Virus record (IMG/VR): IMGVR_UViG_3300035002_000031
Span: 1 to 39,681 of that record
DNA: 39,681 nucleotides
Strand: one strand, 5' to 3'
DNA from: a virus
Lineage: Duplodnaviria; Caudoviricetes
Under the pieces are notes generated by a model, which saw only the letters and a program-made list of their open reading frames with translations, had not been told where the DNA came from and did no database searches. A program made the translations under genes and the position numbers. This document shows, piece by piece, positions 32,282-39,681 of this stretch; within the stretch, counting starts at the first letter, position 1; each line of letters starts with the position of its first letter.

Positions 32282-33421
32282 ATGGCCACCGCACCAGCGC
32301 TTGAAGGCGAAGTCGTCGCCAACGACACTACCGGCACCGACATCGTCGTCGCCGTTGCGCAGAACCCCGGCATCGTGCTGCTCGACAGCCAGAAGTTCGA
32401 CGCCTTCTACGAGAAGCTGAAGGCGAAGGCCCCGACCGATGCCGACGTCACGACGCGCAAGGGGCGCGAGACCCTGCGCTCGTTCGCCGCCGAGGTGCGC
32501 TCGGAGAAGGCCGCGATCGACAAGGCGCGGCTGCGGCTCACCAAGGAATGGCGCGACATGACCAGCCAGGCGAACGCCGCCGGCAAGGTCATCGAGGAGC
32601 GCCTCGAAGGGCTCGCGGTCGAGGTCCGCGCCCCGCTCACCGCGTGGGAAGAGGCTGAGAAGGCTCGCGTCGCCGCATGCCAGGCCGTGATCGATACGAT
32701 GCGGCAGGCCGCGATCGTGACTCCCGAGGACACCGCCGCGTCGGTGCGGGAGCGCGGCAAGACCGTCTGGGAAACGGCGATTGACGCCGATCGCTTCGGC
32801 GACCTGCTCGACGAGGCCGAGACGGCGAAGGCTCAGACCGTCGCCACGCTGAAGGCAGCGCTGGCTCGCCTGACGCAGGAAGAAGCCGACCGCGCCGAGC
32901 TCGAGCGGCTGCGCGCCGAAGCTGCCGCCCGCGCCGAAGCGGAGCGTATCGCTGAGGAGAAGGCTCGCGCCGAGCAGGCCGAACGTGATCGGCTCGCAGA
33001 GATTGAGCGCCAGCGCGTTGCCGCCGAAGCCGCCGAAGCGGAGCGCCTCGAACAGGCCCGCCGCGATGCCGCCGAGGCCGCCCAGCGCGAGGCGGAACGG
33101 CTGGCGCAGGAGGAGCGCGGCCGGGTCCAGCGCGAGCACGAGGCCGCGCTCGCCGCCGAGCGCCAGCGCGCCGAGGAAGCCGAACGCGCCGCCCAGGCGG
33201 AACGCGAACGCATCGCCGCCGAGGAAGCTGCTCGCGCCGCCGAGGCCAAGCGGCTGGCCGATGAGCAGGCCGCGCGCGAGGCGAACCAGAAGCACCGCAC
33301 CGCCGTGAAGCGCGCCGCCAAGGAAGCGATCATGACCTGCGGCGTCTCGGAAGAGTGCGCGCAGAAGATCGTGCTCGCCATCATCGCCGGCGAAGTGCCG
33401 GCCGTGACGCTGAAGTTCTGA
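32282..33421 (+). CDS. Coiled-coil phage protein (TolA-like E/A/R-rich region)
   Basis: AGGAAGG RBS; DVTTRKGRETLRS..AAEVRSEK N-terminus; long EAR-rich helix; AIIAGEVPAVTLKF C-terminus. Confidence 0.85.
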   Translation: MATAPALEGEVVANDTTGTDIVVAVAQNPGIVLLDSQKFDAFYEKLKAKAPTDADVTTRKGRETLRSFAAEVRSEKAAIDKARLRLTKEWRDMTSQANAAGKVIEERLEGLAVEVRAPLTAWEEAEKARVAACQAVIDTMRQAAIVTPEDTAASVRERGKTVWETAIDADRFGDLLDEAETAKAQTVATLKAALARLTQEEADRAELERLRAEAAARAEAERIAEEKARAEQAERDRLAEIERQRVAAEAAEAERLEQARRDAAEAAQREAERLAQEERGRVQREHEAALAAERQRAEEAERAAQAERERIAAEEAARAAEAKRLADEQAAREANQKHRTAVKRAAKEAIMTCGVSEECAQKIVLAIIAGEVPAVTLKF

Positions 33422-33423
33422 CC

Positions 33424-34194
33424 ATGTCGGACAACCCTTTCGACCCCGGCTATGTCGAGCCCGCGGAACCGGCAGCCGGCGTCTCCAAGGCGCCGCGCGG
33501 TTCCGGGGTGCGCTACCACCGCGAGCTGGTCCAAGGTTCAGACGAATGGCACCAGGCCCGCTGCGGCCTGCTCACCGCGTCCGAGGTCAAGCTGATCCTG
33601 ACGCCGACGCTGAAGGTCGCCGACAACGACAAGACGCGGGCCCACGTCTATGAGCTGCTCGCCCAGCGCATCAGCAACTATGTCGAGCCCAGCTACATCG
33701 GCGACGAGATGTTGCGCGGTTATGACGACGAGATCGAGGCGCGCGCCGTCTATTCGAAGCGCTATGCCCCGGTCGAGGAATGCGGCTTCGTCACCAACGA
33801 CCGCTTCGGCTTCACGGTCGGCTGCTCCCCCGACGGTCTCGTCGGCGACGACGGTCTGATCGAGTGCAAGAGCCGGCGCCAGAAATTCCAGGTGCAGACG
33901 ATCGCCGACCACGTCGCGGCCGGCACGATCCCCGACGACTATGTGCTGCAGGTACAGACCGAGCTGCTCGTGACCGAGCGGAAGTGGTGCGACTTCATCA
34001 GCTACTCGGGCGGGCTGCCCATGGTGACGATCCGGGTCTTTCCGGACGAGCGCGTGCAGGCCGCCATCGTCGAGGCCGCCACCGCTTTCGAAGCCCGCAT
34101 CGCCGAGAAGCGCGTCGCCTTCGAGGCCGCGATTGCGTCCGGTGCGCGACTGATCCCCACCGAACGCAGAATTGAGCAGGAGATGATCGTATGA
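33424..34194 (+). CDS. YqaJ / lambda-type exonuclease
   Basis: QGSDEWHQARCGLLTAS, MLRG...E..AR, GCSPDGLV, IECKS, Y.LQVQ, WCDFISY. Confidence 0.93.
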   Translation: MSDNPFDPGYVEPAEPAAGVSKAPRGSGVRYHRELVQGSDEWHQARCGLLTASEVKLILTPTLKVADNDKTRAHVYELLAQRISNYVEPSYIGDEMLRGYDDEIEARAVYSKRYAPVEECGFVTNDRFGFTVGCSPDGLVGDDGLIECKSRRQKFQVQTIADHVAAGTIPDDYVLQVQTELLVTERKWCDFISYSGGLPMVTIRVFPDERVQAAIVEAATAFEARIAEKRVAFEAAIASGARLIPTERRIEQEMIV

Positions 34195-34856
34195 ACACCC
34201 CCATCGACATGAGCCAGTTCGTCCAGGCCAAGAGCGACCAGCTCAACGCCGACGACTTGATCGGCGGCCCGCGCACGATCCGGGTCCGCGGGGTGAGCGC
34301 CAACGAGGGTAGCCCCGAGCAGCCCGTCAGCTTCTATTTTGATGGCGACGACGACAAGCCGTTCAAGCCGTGCAAGACCATGCGCCGGCTGATCATGGCC
34401 GCTTGGGGCAAGCAGGCTGCCGAATACGTCGGCCGCTCGATGACGCTGTTCCGCGATCCGAAGGTGAAGTTCGGCGGCATGGCGGTCGGCGGCATCCGCA
34501 TCAGCCACATGAGCCACATCGACGGCCAGATGACGATCGCGCTGATGGAGACCAAGGGCAAGCGCGCGCCGCATGTCGTAAAGCCGTTGCAGGCCGAGGC
34601 GACGAGGCAGCAGCAGAACGCGAGCGATGGCGGCGCGAGCGACGAGCCGGACGCCACCGAGCAATACACCCGCCGCGGTCTGGCCGCGATCGCGAAGGCG
34701 ACGACGCTCGATCGCATGTCGGCAATCGAGGAGGACATCGTCGGCGCGATGGACCAGCTGAGCACCGACCAGGCCGCGCGGCTGTCGGCCGCGGTTTCCG
34801 CCCGCAAGGCTGAGCTCGCCGGCGCAGGCGAAGAGACCGGCGGCGGCGCCTTCTGA
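34191..34856 (+). CDS. Putative ssDNA annealing/binding partner of the exonuclease
   Basis: Coupled to YqaJ; KSDQLNADDL...KPCKTMRR...VKFGG...GGIRISHMSHI; acidic tail ending in F. Confidence 0.65.
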   Translation: MNTPIDMSQFVQAKSDQLNADDLIGGPRTIRVRGVSANEGSPEQPVSFYFDGDDDKPFKPCKTMRRLIMAAWGKQAAEYVGRSMTLFRDPKVKFGGMAVGGIRISHMSHIDGQMTIALMETKGKRAPHVVKPLQAEATRQQQNASDGGASDEPDATEQYTRRGLAAIAKATTLDRMSAIEEDIVGAMDQLSTDQAARLSAAVSARKAELAGAGEETGGGAF

Positions 34857-34911
34857 CATGCCCGCCCTAAACCGCATCACCGCCACCGACTTCCCGCCGC
34901 AGGAATCTGCC

Positions 34912-36036
34912 ATGAAGAAAATCGAATCTCTCACCCCGGAGCAAGCCGCCGAACTCCCGGCGTTCCGCCAGCGCTATCTCGACATCGCCTGCAACGGCGG
35001 CCGCATCGACCGCCCGGCGCTGCAGGACGCGCTCACCGACGTCTATGCGGTGATCGGCAAGCCCGCGCCGACGCTGTTCATTTTCGACAGCCCGGCGGCA
35101 TGCATGCTCGCGCTGCAGATTTTCAAGATGCCGAAGAAGGACCAGCTTGAGTCGCAGCTTGAGTCGCAGCTTTGGTCGCAGCTTTGGTCGCAGCTTTGGT
35201 CGCAGCTTGGGTCGCAGCTTGGGTCGCAGCTTGGGTCGCAGCTTGGGTCGCAGCTTGGGTCGCAGCTTGGGTCGCAGCTTTGGTCGCAGCTTTGGTCGCA
35301 GCTTGGGTCGCAGCTTCGGTCGCAGCTTCGGTCGCAGCTTTGGGACCAGCTCTGGGACCAGCTCGGGGGCCAGCTCTGGGACCAGCTCAGGGACCAGCCA
35401 GCCTACGATCCCCACTTCCTGTGGGGTTCGCAGGACCTCTACTGGATCGCCTGGGCGCGCTTCGCCGAGACGATCGGCGTCAAGCTCAAGCCCGAGACGG
35501 CCGCGCACCTCGACATCATGGAGCGTGTCTCGACGCAGTGCGAATGGTGGTGGCCCTACGACGGCATCGTCATCGCCTCCGAACGTCCGCGCACCATCCG
35601 CTGGGATGATCAGCGTCGCTTACACCGCGAGGACGGCCCGGCAGTCGAATATGCCGACGGCTACGGCCTCTGGGCCTGGCATGGTGTCCGCGTCCCGGAA
35701 AACTGGATCACCGAGAAGGCGATCAAGGCCGAGGACGCACTGCGCTGGCCGAACATGGAACAGCGCCGCGCCGCCTGCGAAATCCTCGGCTGGGAAACGA
35801 TCCTGCAGCAGCTCGATGCGAAGTCGATCGACCGACACGACAACCCCGAGATCGGCGAGCTGGTGCGCGTCACCATCCCCGATATCGGCAACGAGCAGTT
35901 CCTGCGCGTCACCTGCGGCACCGGACGGCGTTTCGCGCTGCCGGTCCCACCCAACATGAAGACCGCGGCGCAGGCGAACGCCTGGACCTACGGCTTCGAC
36001 GATCCCGCCGACTATCAACTCGAAGTGCGCACCTGA
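34912..36036 (+). CDS. DUF6745-like protein with xQL-x tetrapeptide array
   Basis: IESLTPEQ N-terminus; DSP; WWWPY...ERP...RLHREDGPAVEYADGYGLWAWHGV; NMEQRR; V.CGTGRRFALPVPP. Confidence 0.85.
   Translation: MKKIESLTPEQAAELPAFRQRYLDIACNGGRIDRPALQDALTDVYAVIGKPAPTLFIFDSPAACMLALQIFKMPKKDQLESQLESQLWSQLWSQLWSQLGSQLGSQLGSQLGSQLGSQLGSQLWSQLWSQLGSQLRSQLRSQLWDQLWDQLGGQLWDQLRDQPAYDPHFLWGSQDLYWIAWARFAETIGVKLKPETAAHLDIMERVSTQCEWWWPYDGIVIASERPRTIRWDDQRRLHREDGPAVEYADGYGLWAWHGVRVPENWITEKAIKAEDALRWPNMEQRRAACEILGWETILQQLDAKSIDRHDNPEIGELVRVTIPDIGNEQFLRVTCGTGRRFALPVPPNMKTAAQANAWTYGFDDPADYQLEVRT
35140..35391 (+). repeat. 12-nt tandem array, 21 units (16 x TCGCAGCTT-NNN plus GAC/GGC-CAG-CTY variants)
   Basis: Core 35152-35343 variable codons read E,W,W,W,G,G,G,G,G,G,W,W,G,R,R,W. 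Confidence 0.98.
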
Positions 36037-36054
36037 AGAGAGAGGAAACGAAGC

Positions 36055-36411
36055 ATGAAGACGTTTACCACCATGGCGGCCCAGGGCGATCTGGTCATCC
36101 GCCGCATCGATGCCTTGCCCGATGGGCTCAAGGCAGCGACCGCGCATGCCGGCAAGTTCGTGCTGGCCCACAGCGAGACCGGTCACAACCACATCGTCAT
36201 GGAACGGCCCGACGTTCGCCAGTTCGACCCGCCGCAGTTCTCGGCGATGGACGAATTCCGCTCCTACCTCGTTGTCGAGGGCGATCCGGTCGAGCTAGTC
36301 CACGAGCGGTCATTCGACACGCATGAGACGCTGCTGATCGAGCCCGGGATCTACGAGCTGCGCCGGCAGAGGGAATATACGCCGGAGGGCTTCCGGCGCG
36401 CGGCCGACTGA
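36055..36411 (+). CDS. His-rich small protein, partner of the DUF6745-like gene
   Basis: QGDLVI...LAHSETGHNH...H...THE...PGIYELRRQREYTP...AAD; GAGG RBS. Confidence 0.85.
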   Translation: MKTFTTMAAQGDLVIRRIDALPDGLKAATAHAGKFVLAHSETGHNHIVMERPDVRQFDPPQFSAMDEFRSYLVVEGDPVELVHERSFDTHETLLIEPGIYELRRQREYTPEGFRRAAD

Positions 36412-36524
36412 CACCCCCGGACGGCCGGTGCGATCGGCCGCGAGGATGGAGTCAGTGACGATCATCAGGCTCGACGACGGGCGGTTTGTGCTCGGCGGGG
36501 AGTGTCAGCTCAGGGGTGCTATCG

Positions 36525-37160
36525 GTGGCTAGGGTTCTCATCGCCTGCGAATTCAGCGGCACCGTCCGCAACGCCTTCCTTGCGCGCGGCCACGACGCAT
36601 GGTCGTGCGACCTGCTGCCCAGCGAGGACGGCTCGAACCGGCATATCCGGGGCGATGCGCGGGATCTGCTGCAGCCGGGGATGTGGGACCTGTTGATCGT
36701 TGCGCATCCGCCCTGCACCCGGCTGTGCAACTCCGGCGTCCGCTGGCTCACCAAGCCGCCGGCTGGCCGCACGCTCGCCGACATGTGGGCCGACCTCGAC
36801 GAAGGCGCCGCGCTGTTCTCCGCATTCTGGAACGCGCCGATCGAGCGCATTGCTGTCGAGAACCCGGTGATGCACCGCCACGCGAAGGAGCGCATCGTCG
36901 GCTATGCCGAGCCGGCGCAGTCGGTGCAGCCGTGGCAGTTCGGGCACGGCGAGACGAAGCGCACCTGCCTGTGGCTGAAGAACCTTCCGCCGCTGGTGCC
37001 CACCGATATCGTCGAGGGTCGCGAACCGCGCGTGCATCACATGTCGCCGGGTCCGGATCGGTGGCGCGAGCGCAGCCGCTTCTTCAGCGGGATTGCGGCG
37101 GCGATGGCGGATCAGTGGGGCCAGCTTCTGCCAGCCGGCGACGATCGGCTCGCGGCATGA
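36525..37160 (+). CDS. Short DNA cytosine-C5 methyltransferase-like protein
   Basis: VLIACEFSG (variant motif I), SCDL, HPPCT (catalytic PC), ENP, QPWQFGH...K.TCLW, IAAAMADQWG. Confidence 0.8.
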   Translation: MARVLIACEFSGTVRNAFLARGHDAWSCDLLPSEDGSNRHIRGDARDLLQPGMWDLLIVAHPPCTRLCNSGVRWLTKPPAGRTLADMWADLDEGAALFSAFWNAPIERIAVENPVMHRHAKERIVGYAEPAQSVQPWQFGHGETKRTCLWLKNLPPLVPTDIVEGREPRVHHMSPGPDRWRERSRFFSGIAAAMADQWGQLLPAGDDRLAA

Positions 37161-37783
37161 CCATCACCCGCATCGCCCTCTCCCCCAATGCCCAAGCACA
37201 GGCCCCGGTATCCGAGGTGACGGCTGATGTTGCTCCCAATCTCGACAACGCAGTTGCTCGCCTTCGTGCATGGGTCGCAGATCGCGGCGTACAGCTCGAC
37301 CCCGGCGAGGCCGGCGTGCCGATCCACTATGCGGATGTCGCCGCCGTCCTAGCCGCCCTCTCCAAGCCCATAGAGCCTGCCGACAACCGACAGGGAGAGG
37401 TGGAGCGGCCGGCGCAGGTGATTTACAAGGTTCTCCGCGACTGGAACGTGCCCGGTATGTACGAGGTCGGCGATCCCTCTTCTCCGTATTCGCTCGTTGA
37501 CCTGCTAAGCGATCCCGCGCCTTCCGACATAACTACGGGCGAGGAGCGGATGCGCGACCTTGCTGGCGACATTGCATCCGCCCTCAGTGCTCCTGCCTGG
37601 ATCGCAAAGGTGGACACCTCGCCGCGCTATTCGGCCTTCCAATCAACAATTGAGCCTGCCCGTTGGTACGTCGCCGACAAGCAGACGAACGTGGCGGTGT
37701 TGGCAACCGAGATCGGGGCGAGCGGGCAGAGCCTCGTTGAGCGCGTCGCCGACCTTCTCAACGTTCATGGGGTGCAGTCGTGA
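37157..37783 (+). CDS. Hypothetical protein (208 aa)
   Basis: ATGA/GTGA coupling on both sides. Confidence 0.65.
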   Translation: MTITRIALSPNAQAQAPVSEVTADVAPNLDNAVARLRAWVADRGVQLDPGEAGVPIHYADVAAVLAALSKPIEPADNRQGEVERPAQVIYKVLRDWNVPGMYEVGDPSSPYSLVDLLSDPAPSDITTGEERMRDLAGDIASALSAPAWIAKVDTSPRYSAFQSTIEPARWYVADKQTNVAVLATEIGASGQSLVERVADLLNVHGVQS

Positions 37784-38133
37784 AAGGCCGACCGCGCCAG
37801 TCACACTGTCGGCAGGGGCACGAGCTGACGCCTGAGAATGTGGTGCTGATCCCCCGCGTTGACCGGACGCAGCGCCGGTGCCGCACATGCCTTGAGCGGT
37901 ACACGGCCGCGTTCGAGCGCAACCGCCGCCAGCCCGGCAAGATCGAGGCGTTGGTCTTAGAACGTAACCAACTGCGCGAACAGTCAAGGCCGCTCCGGGA
38001 GTCCTGCCAGCGCATGGCAGACGACTATCAGACGAGCGCGGGGCATCACCCGATCCACGTCCTAGTCCCGCTCGAAGCGTTCGAGGACATGCGCAAGGCC
38101 CTGACCTCTACTCCTGTGGATGAGACGAGGTGA
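37780..38133 (+). CDS. Protein with N-terminal C-x2-GH...CxxC Zn finger
   Basis: SHCRQGHELTPEN...RRCRTC. Confidence 0.7.
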   Translation: MKGRPRQSHCRQGHELTPENVVLIPRVDRTQRRCRTCLERYTAAFERNRRQPGKIEALVLERNQLREQSRPLRESCQRMADDYQTSAGHHPIHVLVPLEAFEDMRKALTSTPVDETR

Positions 38134-38489
38134 CCCCTCTCCTGATCTGCGCTGCTATCCTAGCCACCGATGGCGACAGCATCCGCTGCGACGGCCTGAA
38201 GCTGCGCCTCGAGGCGATCGACGCACCCGAGATGCCGGGATCACCGCCCTGCCGAGCTGGCGACAAGCGACGCGCTAAAGCCTGGTGCGACCACAGGAAG
38301 GCTATCGAGGCCCGCGACTACCTGAACGACATCTTACGCTCTGGCCCTGTATCCTACCGCATTACCGGGGATGGATCATGGGGCAGGCTGTCGGCGAAGG
38401 TCTATGTTCGCGGCGTCGACGTCGAGTGCCTGATGGTTAAGGCTAAGCTGGCAGTCGTTCGGTATGGCCGGCTGGAGTGTGAGCGGTGA
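38130..38489 (+). CDS. Thermonuclease (SNase-like)
   Basis: DGDSI...RLEAIDAPE...WGR...V...MVKAKLA. Confidence 0.85.
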   Translation: MTPLLICAAILATDGDSIRCDGLKLRLEAIDAPEMPGSPPCRAGDKRRAKAWCDHRKAIEARDYLNDILRSGPVSYRITGDGSWGRLSAKVYVRGVDVECLMVKAKLAVVRYGRLECER

Positions 38490-38839
38490 GCGCGCGCCCC
38501 TTCACCGTGGCAAGCCTCGCCGACTACTGGGGATGCTCGCAAACGTTCGTCTATGACGAGCTGAACGCCGGCCGCTTGCGAGGATTCAAGCTCGGGCGCA
38601 AGCTGTGGCGCATCAAGCCCGAGGCGGTGGAGGAATACGAGTGCCAGGGGAACCCTACCGATTCGGAAAGCTCGCCCGGAAGCGGGAAGACGGCTCATCC
38701 TACTGGCACTGGTGCATCAAGTGGTCTGACGACGCTGGACCGCACCGTGTCTCGCTTGGCACGAATGATCGAGCCGCCGCGGAGACCATCGCTCGTGACT
38801 TCTGGGCCAAGCGGACGCTCGGACATGCCGACACAATAG
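38486..38839 (+). CDS. xis: Excisionase-like HTH protein
   Basis: TVASLADYWGCSQTFVYDELNAGRLRGFKLGRKLWRI; precedes the integrase. Confidence 0.85.
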   Translation: MSARPFTVASLADYWGCSQTFVYDELNAGRLRGFKLGRKLWRIKPEAVEEYECQGNPTDSESSPGSGKTAHPTGTGASSGLTTLDRTVSRLARMIEPPRRPSLVTSGPSGRSDMPTQ

Positions 38840-39681
38840 GGCAGATCGTCCGCGCCTACCTCGACACCCTTGGCGGCAAGAAAGACGAGAAGCGCAAGCG
38901 CGAGGCGTGGAAGGCCGCCGAACCCTATTGGGGGAAGCTCAGGCTCGCGCACGTCGATAAGGACACCGCCGGCGGCTACATCGACTGGCGCAAGCGCGCG
39001 ACGAACACGATCCGCAACGAGCTCGCCACGATCCGCTCGGCCGTGCACTGGGCGGCCGAGGAGAAGCTGATCGCGCGCGCCGATGTGCCACCGATCAAAC
39101 TGCCGGCGATGCCTGAGTCGGAGGTCGAGCACCTGACCAAGGCGCAGTTCCGTAGGTTCCTCGCCGGCTGCCACGCGCCGCACGTCCAATTGTTCGTGCA
39201 GCTGGCGCTCACCACTGCCGCCCGGTCCAAGCATCTGCTGGCGCTGCCGTGGATGCGAGTCGATCTCGAGAAGCGCATCCTGAACCTGAAGCCGCCGAAG
39301 CAGGGCAGGGTGGCCGACGCCGAGACCACCGACAAGGAGGCGCCGAACAAAGGGCGCAGCATTGTACCGATCAACGAGCGGCTGCACGCGCTGCTGCTCG
39401 AGGCGAAAGAGGCCGCGCTCACCCCGTTCGTGATCGAGCACAACGGGCTGCGCATCGCGTCGATCCGCAAGGGCATGGAGGCTGCCAGCGCGCGGTCAGG
39501 CGTTCACTGTACCCCGCACATGCTCCGGCACTCGGCGGCAGTCTGGATGGCGGAGGAGCGCGTGCCGATGGCCGAGATCGCCGCCTACCTCGGGCACAAG
39601 GATTCGCGCATCACCGAAAGCGTGTATGCGCGCTTCCATCCCGACTATCTGCAGCGGGCGGCAAAGGCGCTCGACTGGTAA
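38641..39681 (+). CDS. int: Tyrosine recombinase / integrase
   Basis: Catalytic TAAR, HMLRH, LGH and VYA motifs; GGAGG RBS before GTG38641. Confidence 0.95.
   Translation: MPGEPYRFGKLARKREDGSSYWHWCIKWSDDAGPHRVSLGTNDRAAAETIARDFWAKRTLGHADTIGQIVRAYLDTLGGKKDEKRKREAWKAAEPYWGKLRLAHVDKDTAGGYIDWRKRATNTIRNELATIRSAVHWAAEEKLIARADVPPIKLPAMPESEVEHLTKAQFRRFLAGCHAPHVQLFVQLALTTAARSKHLLALPWMRVDLEKRILNLKPPKQGRVADAETTDKEAPNKGRSIVPINERLHALLLEAKEAALTPFVIEHNGLRIASIRKGMEAASARSGVHCTPHMLRHSAAVWMAEERVPMAEIAAYLGHKDSRITESVYARFHPDYLQRAAKALDW

Larger units (their letters stand above)
1..39681. mobile_element. Temperate prophage, podovirus-type, integrated at tRNA-His
   Basis: tRNA end on one side and xis/int on the other. 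Immunity, replication, packaging, head, short-tail and lysis modules all present. No tape-measure or sheath gene. Confidence 0.95.

Noticed and set aside
32282-33421. True TolA or tape-measure protein
   Set aside because: Similarity is limited to a low-complexity E/A/R helix; there is no TM anchor and the gene sits in the early recombination operon.

Overview
A nearly complete temperate prophage of about 39.7 kb in a GC-rich alphaproteobacterium, probably Sphingomonas-like. It runs from the 3' half of a tRNA-His (att site, 1-43) to a tyrosine integrase ending at the last base. Minus strand, read right to left: cro, CII-like regulator, PAPS-reductase-family gene, GcrA-like gene, nucleases, RepA-type helicase and putative origin, terminase, portal, scaffold, capsid, adaptor and nozzle, three ejection proteins, tail fibre with chaperone domain, and lysis genes. 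This is a podovirus (P22/BPP-1-like) layout. Plus strand: a short repressor with no peptidase domain, two accessory genes, and an early operon with a YqaJ exonuclease, recombination partner, DUF6745-like pair, methyltransferase-like gene, SNase, xis and int. Most notable: (1) two unrelated early genes carry 12-nt tandem arrays whose variable codon uses the same E/W/G/R alphabet; (2) a LexA-boxed two-gene module at att may supply SOS induction; (3) matching operators and promoters at OR and OL; (4) a Gp49-family gene in the head operon; (5) a membrane moron at the sieA position; (6) unannotated micro-ORFs in a lysis cassette with no recognisable spanins. All family calls come from motif recognition by eye, not database searches.
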